Source: Perna viridis
Lineage: Eukaryota
NCBI GenBank assembly: GCA_037379345.1
Contig: CM074523.1
Span: 876,525-940,524 of the forward strand
Length of the DNA stretch: 64,000 nucleotides
Direction: 5' to 3'
Made by a program: the position numbers and the translations under genes. Of the stretch, positions 11,340 through 25,642 are shown in pieces. Every line of letters starts with the position of its first letter. The stretch's first letter is position 1. The notes below the pieces were generated by a model. The model worked only from the letters and a program-made list of their open reading frames with translations. It ran no database searches and was not told where the DNA came from.

Positions 11340-14300
11340 ACGGAAATAAGAAGAAAATGCATCGTAGCCAACGGTATACATGTTAACTCAGCAAGGTAAC
11401 ACAAATGAACGGAAATAACAAGGTGATAAATCTACTGTTAGAATTATAACTCGGAGAATGAACTGAAACAAGGAGAAAAATGTTCCATATCCCAGGGTAT
11501 AACGAATGAACGGAAATAAGAAACATTTATTGTAGCCCGGGATATGAGAAAACACAGTCAATGTAAAACATATAAATTAACCAATTCCTGGCTTTGTCTA
11601 TTATAAAACCGTAAAAACTTCCGGCCAATGTGAAAGTCGACGTATTATTTAAGTAAATTAAAACTAAAAAAACAATATTGGATTTTTCGTGTACAGCCAG
11701 AGTAAAAAAGATTAACAATCAATTAATATATTTACCGAATCCGCGAAGAGCTTCCAGGTGAACAGACGGAAATATGTTTCATAAAGAAGTGGCTTGAGCA
11801 CTGAGTGTGGCAGTTGTGTAAAAGCTTTTATCTCTACATAGGAGATCTGTTCACTTTCATTCTCACTAAAAGGACAAATACTTCCGCGTTTCAGTGTATC
11901 CAATCTGTACGCATTCGTCTACGTACAAGTACATAAAGTGCATATTGGTGCATGAGCACTTGTAGTATGCAGATTGTTATGTCCGCAGTATAAATCTCAT
12001 GGTCACGTCAATTATAGCTACCACCATAACAATAAGTCAACAGAGAAGAACGTTAATTGGATCCGAGTTATCTACAAAAAAATCATCTTTTGACACTAGT
12101 TGAAACAAACAAGGCATTTATAGTATTTCAGTCCGAGAAACTTATATTTACCTAAGTACTAAATATAATAATGTGCACATGTGGGTATGTACGTTCAATT
12201 TGTTTGTCAAATTGCTTGGTTAGGTTATAATAAAAACTTCAAAATAAAATTTAGTATACATTCTTATTTCCAGAATTTGTAATTAAACTAACTTCCTCTG
12301 AGACACCGAAAATAATCTACTTTATTTTGTGGTTTTTATGACAACATGCTTCTCTTAAAAAAAAAGGGATTACATGTAGTCCCGGGAACCAGGATGGTTT
12401 TCCTATTACTTTTATTTTGAACTAAGTTACAAAATATGAATGTTTCTACATGTACTTTCGAAACATGATTATCTTGGGTAACCTGTTTTCTATTCCAAGT
12501 TTCAATTAAATCTGCTACGGATAGTGTTTTAGACAACAATGTAAATCTGCGCTTAAAAAATTTAAAAAATTAAAATATTTCTTTAAATGTAAGCATTCGC
12601 AAAAAATACTGCGATGGACATTCAAACAGATTGACGGTCAAAATGTACGCGTTGCACCTATATGTCGTAGAGGCACCGCTCAAATTAAAACTGATATCAT
12701 ATGACGCCTGATTGTGACTGGTCCGCAGGTACAAATTCTACTTGGACCATCTGTTGACCCGTGGTAACATGAACACCGTACTGCGAATACCATATTCAAT
12801 AAACAAAAACTAACTTTTTGAACCTTGGTTGACACTATGATGACCTTGACCCACCATATCAGTTAATTATTCATCATAATTTTAAACATCAAAGCTGCCC
12901 AAACGCTTAGGGTATTATAGTACCTATGGGAAAATCAATCAAACACTGGTTGAAATCATAATTTAATTATTTGTTCATATTTATTTGTATTTTATTCACG
13001 GTCGAGGAGCATGCAGCCATTAAAGAATCCCGTTAAAACATCTGTTGCGACCTTAATAATGTTAATCACTCAAATCTCTGATCGGAGAGGCTAAAAAATG
13101 GTGTGGTTCCGCAAACTGGTATCGAGTAAATTTCAAACCATAAGAAAAAAATGCAACTGCAGACATTGTGACGTTATAAGTTATTGCATGTTTTAAAACG
13201 TACTATATGCTTCAAATGACTCCCGTCACACTGGTTCATGTTCTCAAAATGGATGCTTCAACTATTGTAATCCATCAATGGCTTGGATTACGTGTAATAT
13301 ACTCCGAACAGTACATTTTACCAGTCGATCTACCTTTTTAGTCTCTTTGTGCAAATTAACACAGTTAAGCGTCAACCGTTAAAAAAGACTATTGTTCATA
13401 TGTCATGAAAAATATTACCATCAAGGACAGTTTTTGTGGTCAATTTCACAAAAGAAGTGATGTAAATTGCTTCATGTTTTAACGTAATGTTTAATGTCTT
13501 ATTTCATATTTAAATCATTTCGTGAGTTCGACCACAGATCCAAATATCTATCACTTTTTCCTAGTTCTTTGTCCCGTTCCATACTATAGTCCTGGCGCTG
13601 CCTTTCGAAGCCAGGTTAACACGGCCTTGACCTTTAAATACACAATCAAATGATCAAACACCGATGGAACAGTGATAAAACATAGCATAAATAAAGCATT
13701 GCCGTAAAGCACCCACATGAATTTAATTATATATTTATTCTTGAGTGTATAGACAGATTAACGAAAACCGGCTTTTATCACTAAAGCAAAAAATAGATTT
13801 CGCTTTTCATCGTTTGTTCATGACACAGCTAGAACGTGAGCATTAAATACGTGAGCAATATTAATTCATCGTTAATTTTAATTCGTTTGATAGAACAAAC
13901 GGAAATGTGAAGGGTTGGTATGTCTGCACCTAGATGTAAAACGGTTGTCATGGAACACAAACGTTTAGAAATCTATGACATTGTTGGGAATTATACAAAA
14001 AACAAAAATACGAAGCAAGGAAAATTATAAGTAATTTGAACACATAAAACCTAACTGTATGTCATGAAAATATAATGTTTTGTCATTATTGTTCAGATAC
14101 CAAAAAGAAAAAAGGCAAGACCTATATTTTCGCATAATAAAAATTTCATACTAGCTACTAGATGAAGAGATTTTAAGAAGGAGTGTGCTCATTTCATGCA
14201 CGAAATTGACACAATTTCCCGACAAAAATGGGAATGTTCCTACACCCTGCCCCTGGATTCGCCAGTGCCACATATATTGTATCCAAATGCCAAGCTACAT

Positions 14301-15038
14301 GTACGATTCAGTTATAAGTGCGTCATCAAAAAATGGTTAATGCATGCATGTTACAAACGGTGTGCAGAAAACGTGAAACATTACGCAAGATTCAACATGT
14401 AAAGATGGATGAAAAAAATCAAAACGTGAGTAATTCGATTTTATGTGTTTACAAACAATCACTCAGTGCATCTTTTGTTTATCAATTATGTAACGTTTGT
14501 AACATGGATAATACACGTGGGTTCAGTCGTCGTTTTTTGTCAAACGACCTTGACCTCGTTTAAGTACAAATTATAAACGTTCCAGATTCACACGTAATTA
14601 TCTGCCCTTGCCTTGACAATAGTAGGACGACTTATTACATGGACGAGCGACCAAGAACGGAAATTAATATCACATTACTTCACAAAATTACATAATAATA
14701 ATTATCCTCAAATTTACGGCAGTGTTAAAGGGAAACCACAACCACAAGCAATTGTGATAATATTGGGCGTAACGAAATAACACTTTGCACAAAGGACGCT
14801 CATCAAAGGGTTGCTCGATTTTTACAGTTGCGTAATTCGGTGTTTGTGTCCATTGTGAGAACTGTATACAAAATGGTAATTAGTTTGGTAATTTATTGTA
14901 AGTATTGCATGCCAACAGAATGACAATGTGATATTTGCTGAATGGACATGGAAATTTAATGTGTGCATGTACCGGACACTCAGTTTGATTGTATAGTATG
15001 TTGTAAATTTGTGTATAAATATTATATTGTTTAGCTTA

Positions 15039-15336
15039 GGTCAAATAAAATTATACTTCTGTTTCCTGTTAAATGCCACAAAGATGGGTCGATAAGTTGG
15101 GATTTTTTAATTTTATTAACTTACCCCCCCCCCCCCTAATTTCATAGAAAACAACTTTACAAAATCTTATAAACCACACGGACGTTGCGGAAACCGAAAT
15201 TTGAAAACCGTGATCTGTTAAATGTCGGGTCGTTTGATAGTATTTTTGTTGTTTGTTAAGTAGAAAATATATCAGTCGTGGGTCAAGGCATGAATCGGTC
15301 GGGTAACAGTAAAAAGAGATATAATTTCATTTGGCC
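15039..15336. mobile_element. MITE, about 300 bp, imperfect ~33-bp TIRs, TA on both flanks
   Basis: GGTCAAATAAAATTATACTTCTGTTTCCTGTTA on the left vs TAACAGTAAAAAGAGATATAATTTCATTTGGCC on the right. Confidence 0.7.
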
Positions 15337-16108
15337 TAAGTTAACCAATTTTCAATTCAGATAAAATGTAGACTGTTTGGATGTATGCACCGCATATTGA
15401 ATGTTGAGCAAAACGATTTCTTTTGTTGTTGTTTTATATTTGGGTGTTATGGGTGGATGTTTGGATTGTTATTTTTAAACATGCTGTAAGATATTGGGTA
15501 TATCATACTATTTACTATTGGAAGGATTGTCCAAGCAACATATCAAAAACCTTGATCCATTTACGAATTCAGTGCATTTATTAATCGTCGTAAAATTATT
15601 TGTTAAACATATGTTACTAACTGATACATTATAGATATGAACGCGTATACATGTAGTGAAAATATAGCTAGATTTGTATACCCGTACTCCATATTCCGAC
15701 CTTTCTTTGTTTCTTGTGAAATTCTGATATCATGCTTACAGCCTTAACCCATACCATCAAGATAAATAAAGCATTAAATTGTCGATTTCAGAAGAAGTAA
15801 ATGCTTTCCACACAATAACAATATGATAAATATCCATTAGCCTTGAGGACAGATTGTCAACTAGGTTTGATAATACCCAGGCAGAATACTTTAAATCCTT
15901 AAAGATTGTTGAGTCATGCATAGAAAACGAAAAGTTAGTAGGTAAGAAAATATGTCGTCAAGTCAGGACTAATCGTACCTCTAACTGAGGAGAATAATAG
16001 GATGTGATGATAAGATCTCGAACTTAAGTAAATAGTACATTAAGTAACATGAGCGAAAGGTTACATTAATAGTCTGCATTGGCGGATTCACGGAGAGGGT
16101 TCAGGGGT

Positions 16109-16435
16109 TCACCTCACCTATCCTCTTCATTCCCAGTGGGACATAAGGCCATTACAAGATCCCGCCATTTGTCTCTGTCCTGGGCCAAGTGTTGAGCTTC
16201 GCCAAGGCTGTAACCAAGTTCTTCTAGCTCTGCCAGTACTGTTCTCCTCCAGGTGGTGCGAGGTCTGCCCGGTTTCCTCTTCCCAGGTGGTGTCCATCGT
16301 AGGTCAATTTTTTGGCAGGCGGTCATTTGGCATTCTGAACACGTGGCCTAGCCATCTGAAGCGTCTCTTTTTAGGTCTGTTGCAAAGGAATGGCATTTAC
16401 ACATTCTTAACAGGTCTTCGTTTGTTATCTTCTCT
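16109..16435 (-). mobile_element. RTE-clade LINE, 5'-truncated 3' end
   Basis: The minus strand encodes KRRRFRWLGHVFRMPNDRL, then (frameshift) KIDLRWTPPGKRKPGRPRTTWRRTVLAELEELGYSLGEAQHLAQDRDKWRDLVMALCPTGNEEDR*, the typical RTE ORF C-terminus. A short (AGGTG)n tail follows, with GGGGTT on both flanks. Confidence 0.9.
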
Positions 16436-17029
16436 GGGGTTGCCGTACCTTTTCTAATATTTTGTTAATTTCGTACAAATTTGGACACAAATGAGCAAAT
16501 AAAAGCCCTTGTAAAAACTTTTGACGGCAACAAATATGACAGGTAGTGACATAGCCTGGTTTGAACTGTATCTGATGAATAAGTAATGTCTTTGTGTTCT
16601 TTGTGCATCCCACCCAATACACAAAGTGCCAAGCAATGACATAAAACGGGATTTAACTACTTTAAGAAAAATCAGACTTTGAAACAAAGTACATAAGAAA
16701 CCGTGCAGCACTTTACAGAGTAGTTGCAGTGTATATGTATCTGTATATTATCAGAACTAAGGAGTATAGACCAGACTTACAATATTGTCTATGAAAAATG
16801 AATAACGATTCCATTTGAAAACACTAAGACTACAAATGAATAATTTAGGGCTATACATACACCTACATGCAATTACATGTATGTCAAAATTCAATTTTTT
16901 TTCTAACATACTTTTTGAAATCATTCTGCAATTCTGTAGATATGAAGTATAGTGGTCGTTTCAATTAATGAACGCCACTTTTAGTGAATATGGTTGGTCA
17001 GATCGGTGGGCGTTTGAAATACATATTTA

Positions 17030-19015
17030 TGATTTTGTGGATTTTGCCTGATTCTAGAAGAGGAAAGGAAAACACTGACACGTTGAACAAATATGTTCTC
17101 ATGATGCAGATGGATATATCATAACGTTCCACAGGTTTCTTCTTATTAGCTGATACAACTGCTTTTCCTGCATTGTTTTATTATGAGCCTGGCCCTAGCT
17201 GTTTTTATCAATTTAGATCGAAGATCAGAAGTGATATAGCAGTCGCCAGAGCCTTTAAATTTGTAAAGCCTGTTAGCACCGGAAAGTAACTACCACAGAA
17301 AAATAGTCCCACTGGCATTTCCCATTAAGGTTCAAATGCAGATAGTTAGTTTCACTTCTAGGTATTTCTAATATACCATATTTAATTATTTGCTATGTAC
17401 CCAAATAAACAAACCCAATAAACAACTTCTATACTGCAAATTAAATATGATGATTAATTTGGTTTGTATTAACAACGATCCAATTAAAAAAAGTTGACCT
17501 CTAACCTCACCAGTACCTGTTTATTTCTAAGCATTTACTCGGATAAACCAATCGTTTATTATAGCATATGTTGATATATTTAAGTTTCCTACAAATGCAA
17601 TATTCTTAGAGGCGTAATTAACCATTTGATGTTTAGCTAGAAATGAAAACCCTTAGAGATTATAAATATTCATCGTTCATAGAAATGAAAAAGAGCAATA
17701 CTCAGTGCCAATTGAAAGAGCTGTCTTCGGATATTTCATGCAGGGTCTGGCGGATCGATTAACTAGTATTTACAAAAAGGGCAGTGGTTCCGATTAAGAA
17801 TCTTACATAAATAAAGAGGTTCCAGACAGGGACTACACTTCATGTTCCAGGCTAATATTTGCCCCTCTTTTTTGCTATAATTTTATTTGACTTTTAACAA
17901 AAGTAAGCACAACCTCCGAAGCCATCCTGATCTATTACCCACTGTATCGTGCATTTTATTACGGTTACCGCCTCGTGACATCGGAAGCCCGGAGATGACA
18001 AACAAAAATGAAACTGCTTATAGACAATGCCATAGGAATTTCGATAATGCATTTCTCATGAATGGTTTCAGTCTGTGGTATGGTGATATTGCTTTGTGCA
18101 ATGAAAAGTCTATTTGACCATGTGTTATAATGATAGCGCTGTAGGTGATTCAGGACCTTAAAAGTACTTGGCGAGTGTTTCCTTCACCAGACAAACGTAA
18201 TTGTTGAAATTTTATTCTAAGACTTTTGCTTTTATGTCAATGTACATGTACGTGTCTCTGGAACTAGGTGCCAAGAATTAAGCGTTTTTTACATGATACA
18301 CAGGTATCTATGCGATAATTTGTATGATTTGAGAAATATAGCTTATCAAATGAGAAATGTAGTTAGTTGAGAGGGACATATACACGTATCTAAGTGCATG
18401 CTTTATTTCTTTGATTGTGACTAAAAATTGAATGAGTTGACTGACAATTCCAACCTGGAGATCATTAAATTGAATTTCGACTTGAAAATTTACAAATTGG
18501 GAAATAGTAGTTTCTAGTTCAGTTGTGCAGTATGTTGGATGTTTTGTGTTAATTCATGTAGGTTTTCCATGTAAACCAACATCGATCCTGAATGTTTCGC
18601 AAACTGGCGCAATGCATGGTACGATGCATGTCGAATTTTGTTGTGTGTTTATTAAATGTCCTTGGTAATCAGAATAGTGAATTTAAAAATAAATCAGAGT
18701 TCCTTCCATTCGTCTGTCTAAATAGATGATAACATTTAGAATCATGAAATACAGATAAAATTCGAATTTCAGCCTGATGGAATTATTTGTATAAATGATG
18801 TATGTTGTTTTTTACACTCCCCGAATTTTGTTGATGAATTGGAATATTCTTTCAATATTAACTATTTACAATAATAAGCTTGTGTTTAGAAACGTTTGAA
18901 TTCTATCGCTGCGCTTTCTTTTTATCCCTGCTTTCATACCATATTTTTACAATTTGACGATTATTTGAGGCGTAAAAATTTAAACCGTCGATATAAATTG
19001 ATTCAGTATATGAGT
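17030..19015 (-). repeat. Arm B of the long inverted duplication
   Basis: See arm A. Carries its own insertions at about 17058-17135, 17837-17940 and 18710-18850. Confidence 0.85.
17058..17135 (-). mobile_element. Short fragment of the same Penelope-like family
   Basis: GAAAGGAAAACACTGACACGTTGAACAAAT..CATGATGCAGATGGATA..ATAACGTTCCAC aligns with 7108-7180. Confidence 0.65.
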
Positions 19016-22000
19016 ACTTTGATTTTAATAAGTTGTCGAACCATATACACAATGTTGGTCTCTCCTCTCATTGAGAGCTATTGGTTCCTTCCAAACTTTT
19101 AATACACTGTAGGTTTAATGTAGAATATGCTGTAATTGTTATAGTGCTCAATACCGAACATTTTTTAATAACTACTTAGTTACAATAAATGTGCTGAAAA
19201 ATCTTAAAATTCTATTTGAGACTTCAATTTGATATATATTTATAGATGAATACAACGAAACAAAAACAAAATATGAAGTTTTTTTTTCCGCAGAGGTAGT
19301 CCTGTAATACAAGAAACTTGAAAAGGCCTGTGAAACTTAATTGGAACACTTCTCTTGCTGTTCATTCTAATATTACCGTTTTCTCCTGATTTTTAGGAGC
19401 GGATACGGTAGGCGCAATGTTTGACCTTAGATGGGGCGCGCACCGTCAGCCTGAGTGATTTTCTATCATTTCAGCCATTTTCTCCGAAAATAAGAGATTC
19501 GGGCCTGGAGTCGTCTTTGATTTATTTTGTTATTTGCAGTTGCTGTTCCTATTTTATTATATATTGCACCACTATGGTAAACTATATCTGTCCATGTCCG
19601 ATATAAATGATTTCTGTTTGTAGTGAGCATGTACATTTACAAGCTTCATCCATACTGTAACAGAAATTTTCGAAAGTAACATATTCTGTATAAGACCATG
19701 TATAGATCTATTAAACCGTCTGGTGTATTTGCACAACAGATTTGCACAACAGTGTTATTGTATTGCGAATGTTCTAAAATCAGATTTAAAAGTTAATAAT
19801 GTCTTCAAACCAGGACGAACTTTATTTCGCCGAAGGCATGTTACGGCTCGATAATAATTGTTATACCCTAATAAAGGGGAAGGTCACTTTTGTTCGAATC
19901 TTTTTACGTGATGGTTATGCGATTAGTGGGTATCAGATTTATTTGCCCCAGAATAGAACGTGATTTAAACCGATTTAATCTGGATAGAAGTTAATATTCA
20001 AATAAACCGATCGATACATATACATGTATATTAATTAGAAAACAAAGTATTTAAGTTGAAAACATGGGGTCTGGTCTTTGCCCCCCCCCCAAAAAAAAAC
20101 AAAAAAACAAAAAAAAACAAAAAAAAACGAAACAAAACAAAACAAAACAAAACAAAAAACAAAGAAACAAAGAAACAACAGAGAAACGAAAGCAGAAAGA
20201 TACATCTGGTCACCCTGATCAAGCTCAATTAAAATGCATGTACATATTGATAAACTCGGTACATGGGACACGAATTTCAAGGAATTGCCTCTAATTGGTA
20301 GTTTTAGGACCACATACATGTACACCAGAAGATCTAAACCCAAACCAAAGCTGTATACAATAAGTACATTATGTACTCAAATCCAAAATTATCGGAATAG
20401 GAAGCCAAGTCCAGCACATATATTAAGTTCTACAAAGTGCAAATACAAGGAAGAAAGCCTCGGACTTTGAAAAAAAACATGTGTAAACAAAATTAAAGTT
20501 TCATAGATAACCATACAGCCTGGTAGAAACAAGGATTTGATTAACAAGGCGCCCGCCATCGACATCTTTGTCTCTTCTAAACCCCCGTAATTGACTATCA
20601 TAACAAGTAGACATGGAAGAACAACTTGTTTGACCTTAATATTAAACCCTGGCCGCCAGGTACGTAAATATAAATTAAATAGATACATATTTATCATAAA
20701 TCAGTTTACATTTCTACCTACAAGATCATGCTGAATCAGCATTGTAAAACATATACCACTCCGTTTAAATGAAAGGTTTCTTAATGGTTTGAGCGTGTAT
20801 TTCTCTTCCACATATACAATTCCAGTAACAAGCAATAATACATTATACATCTACACTATAGGAAAATCCCTAAACACTTTATTTTGTGCTTATAAGACGA
20901 ACTTCCGATTATAAATGTTTGTACACAATGCACATGGAACGGTCACAATCTGGGTTATATAAGATAATCATTTATATACGAACAATTCACACCTAATAGG
21001 GCTCTGAAGGCTAGAAAGTCAAGCGAAATAGAAAGCAATAAGACCACTTCTAGAACGGCTGTAAATAAGTAATAAGATATAAAAGGGTACAGTATATTAA
21101 TGTATACCTAGAAAATCAGGTGAAAATGTACCACAGAAAAGGTAACATCTGTTACAAGTAAGGTGACCTGGATTTTACTTGTAGGTCAAACATATGCTGT
21201 TCCTGCAGCATGTAATTTTATATGATGTAGCGTTTAATATCTTCGTGATTTCCATGCCCAATTAAAACATCTCAATATAACTTTGTATAGAGGCAATGAT
21301 AGATCATTATCATGTGTTGACGAAGTTTTGTTGCTTTATAATTGTGCTATTAAAGACCATTGAAGATCATGTTAGATTGACCTATATTGTGACTCGGGGT
21401 CTTGTGCGTGTGATTAAGAAAGATGAGAGCATCTGAACTCATTTAAATTTATCTCACAAGAAAGTTTACTTAACTGCGTTGGTACCAGAACAGATACATT
21501 TTGTTCATACATGACGTATGTCCATGTTGTTGAAAGAAGCATACAAATTGATAGTCAAAGAAGTAACATATATATCATTTGATAGACTCACAAAGTTAGC
21601 AGAATGCAAAAAAAAAAACAAAAAACAAAAAAAGCAAAATAAAAAAAACCCAAGAAAAAACCAAGAAAAAAAACGCCAATTCTGCAACTATGCAAGAGGA
21701 TACAGTACTGTAGGCACTTGCTAGTATAGTCCTTTGTCTGTCGCTAACTGCATTTAATGATGAAATCGCTTCTTGCGTTCTTACTTCCCTTCCCGTACCT
21801 TATTTTGACTAGTTCTTCGTTTTTCGCTTCATTTCTCCCAACAGGTGTGATGTGTTTAATACAACAATGATACAACAGAATGATAGTTGTTTTAAATCTT
21901 GTAAGTGTACCATACATGACAAATAGATTTATGTCATACACAGTGTACACAAGTTTCAAACCTACAAAGTGACGGTACAAATTGGCGCGAAACGGGTCTG

Positions 22001-22332
22001 AGTCAAAACCATAGACAACAGATGAAACGTACAAAATCATTTGAAAACACATCAACACGAAAAACAACATATTTCGGAACACTTTAAATTTAAAGTACAT
22101 TTGTAAACTAATGCAAGAATATACAGGGGAAGAGATAGAGACTGAACAAATTTTTTCCATGGCCTATGATTACAAATTACATGTGTCTTGTTGTTAGCAG
22201 CAGTAACATTTTGCTCTTCCTGCGTACATATACATGTACATATACATATACATGTACATACATGTGAATGATCTTACCTATAATCTTAGGATCGACACCG
22301 GAAGTGTCTATAACAGAGGCGGACATGATTCT

Positions 22333-22901
22333 TTGTTTGTTTGTTGGGGTTTAACGCCCGAGCAGCAATATTTCAGCTATATTCAGGCGATGAACATTAA
22401 GTGGATGATAAAATGAGCATGAAATGATGATGAAATGAAAAATGGGACGGGACACAAGGACAATGAGGTCGCGAAATTTTGATTGCCACTGGAAATAGAG
22501 AGAAGTGGGTAGGGTCGGGCAATTTAGCCTCCTGTGGCGGAGCACAAGGACAATGAGGTCGCGAAATTTTGATTGCCACTGGAAATAGAGAGAAGTGGGT
22601 AGGGTCGGGCAATTTAGCCTCCTGTGGCGCAGCCCTATGGTTTCTACTCCGGGAGAATACCACAGTAGGGTTTTTTAACGTGGCATCTTTCCCAACACGG
22701 TGCACCACTATGGTCTGCGGTCAGGTTTTCCGTATTATAGCCTGACAACCCCAGCATGTGACACGCCAGGTGTACCCCATTCCACCACCTGGGGTACACA
22801 ACCCAGTTGCTCTATGGGCAAAGCGCCCTAGCCCCCGGCTAGGGTTCTGAGCACTATTTAGTCGCTTTTTACGACAAGCTTAGCGCTGCTGCAGGCCTAT
22901 T
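22333..22901 (-). mobile_element. 5'-truncated SINE (probable Meta/MESC-domain family) with 13-bp TSD and an internal 87-bp duplication
   Basis: TSD CGGACATGATTCT at 22320-22332 and 22902-22914, with an (AAAC)n tail. The minus strand has GCTTGTCGTAAAAAGCGACTAAA, resembling the Meta-domain core GTCGTAAGAGGCGACTAA. 22453-22539 is identical to 22543-22629. Confidence 0.8.
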
Positions 22902-25502
22902 CGGACATGATTCTGTCTTGCTTGTTTATATTCATACATCATATTTACAAGAACTTACATCGTTATTACTGCGATGACATTTTTTTTAATTTCTTAAAAC
23001 ATATCCATAACATGTAACATTCATCAGCCATTGGTTCAAATGTATATTCTAAAATGTCATATAAACTAAGTTACATTTATAGAAACAAAAATAGTATTCA
23101 TGTTCCATCGTACAACTGATACTATGTTTTCTATGACCTAAGTATGATATATCAGTTGTTTATATATTTAATCCTAGTATTTTCTTGGAAACTAGTTCTA
23201 ATTTAGATTTACTCATCGATAATACATGTACGTGTACACGTACGAATTAAAGATTCCGTTCCCGAGCCATCCAAAATACACTCATCCAGTTCGTAGTCGT
23301 TTTATGGACACGTACATGTTACATCGTTTCAATAGCAGTAACTTCCTCTATAGAAGTACATTTGCACTATGAAATACAACTACAAGTTGAAATGTACATA
23401 CATTGACGGATTCATGACAGCGCGGGGGGGGGGGTGAAACCTTTTTTTTGGGGGGGAGGGGTGTTAATTTGGTGCAAAATCTTGGCAATAATGAGCAAAT
23501 AATAGCTTGGTTTCACTTTTTTTTCTTTTAAATCTCCCTTTTCAAAATCGTGTGCATTGATATTTACAACACTCCCCGAGATACCAGTTACCATACATGT
23601 ACACGTGTATAATCGCCTGTCAGCAGGAATATTCTTAACAATGCTTCTTTACTTTCATCCAACGTTCAATCAAATTACGAAACCTCTCGGAACATTGAAG
23701 TCAGCACATTTTCCCTGAATAACGAAGAATCAATTGTAAACCACCATCTCACTGCGATAACTAATCAACAACCTAACCATACAAAACAGATATAATAAGT
23801 TAAAGTTTTCTAAATATAAAACTTGCAATTCGCTGTATCTGGGCCCTGTAATCAAGTTGACCTTGGTGAGCTCAACTAGACTGTTTGGTGAATCGATCCA
23901 AGCTATCAATTTAGAAGATTTTTTTCCTTTCCTTATGCCAATTTAAATGTTTATTCGTTGATAGAGTAATTTTATTTTATGCCGTTTATACTGCTCTAAC
24001 GACCAATTTGATCCACTTTACTCTTGGGGCCATTCGCAGAGTCAATGGCTTTATATTGAAGGGCACATAAGGGACATTGACGTTTGCTAAACCTAAGGAT
24101 CAAGGTGAAAATTTCGTACCAGTGTTATGCCCTTCATGTGCATGAACATGTCTTACATTAGAAAAAAACGGATATGGTGAAACGCAAAAAAAAAATGCTC
24201 TGTGTGCTCTTAGGACAAAAATTGCCCAACCGATCTAGAGGGTGAGCGAAACAAAACCTTAATTGAGTGCTATATGTACATGTAATGCTTCACTACATCT
24301 ACTAGTAAGTGGAATCGGAACCCCCTTTTATTGGAAAATATTGTCAATATTATTCTAAATTTGTCAAAATTTAGCATAAACGTTACATGTAGAGCCTAGT
24401 ATCCTCTTTTTTTTTTAACCTCCCCCTTTTTGTATCTTTGGATTAACCCATATCCTTTTATTAAAACCTCTGCTACCAAAATACATGTACTGTTCCTAAA
24501 GATACCACTTTGATATTTTAAACGTGTTAGTGAACTGCACGATTTATTTCCATTTTTTAAAATTACACATACATATATACCACTATGAAACAGTTAGTGA
24601 TTTCTGAAATGTTAACTATTTTTGGTTTTAAATCTAATACTGGTAAACAATATCCGTTCTTTTTTTTTTTTTTTCACCAAATGTTCCACACAACTCACAA
24701 ACAAAAACATGGACAAAAAGCAAAGAAAACATAAAACATAATATTTTGAAGAGAACATGTCCCAATACGAAAGATCGACAGTCATATGGTATAGTTATGC
24801 GAACAAGTAATAAATTTCACCCTTCTTGGGCCCATTAAACTAAATCACTTTTTTTCAGTTCAATTTTTCCTGATTTTGCATTAAATAATTACATTGTAAA
24901 TCCCTCTGTCGATTATGTCTCGGCAGGGAGCTTTATTTAATCATCAAAAATTGATTGAAATTATCATGAAAGGATCAGGGATGAATTGTAAAACTTTAAA
25001 TTTAAATAGTTGCATTTTAAGATCTTGAACTTGATAATCTTGACAGAAATCATAATTCTGTAGCGGTATGACTCGTTAAGTAGTTAAATTAATGACGTGT
25101 ATCTGCCTTATCTTGCATTTTGTCATTTAGTTATATTAATTGCCATTTTATTGATTATAGAGGTTTGTACCATTAAGTTTATTTATTTTCCTATTTCTAA
25201 TGACTAAGAGGGATCGATCGGATCAGGGCGTGTCTGTCCAAAAACAGTCAAAAACCAATAAATGAAATATCTATATAATGTAAATAAATATTCAATAACA
25301 AAATATTCTCAGTTTCCTCCCTATGGACAATTCAACATGTTTACTTACCTGATTAGACTATGGGTTGGAATGGAATTCGAAAAACTTTTGCATAAATGCG
25401 AGACAAAAATATGTGGGCCTATAACCAGTCTATGATTTTCCGCGTACTTTTTCTATTGTTTGATTTTAATAACACGTGTAAACAGTTAATCATTAGGGTT
25501 GG

Positions 25503-25642
25503 TACATATAACATACATGTAATGTACATATTAAATACATGTACTGTATATATCAAATACATGTACTGTACATATAAAATACATGTACTGTACATATTAA
25601 ACACATGTACTGTACATAGTACATACATGTTCTGTACATATT
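25503..25642. repeat. Minisatellite, 22-bp unit, about 6 copies
   Basis: Unit AAATACATGTACTGTACATAT(T/A/C). Confidence 0.85.
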
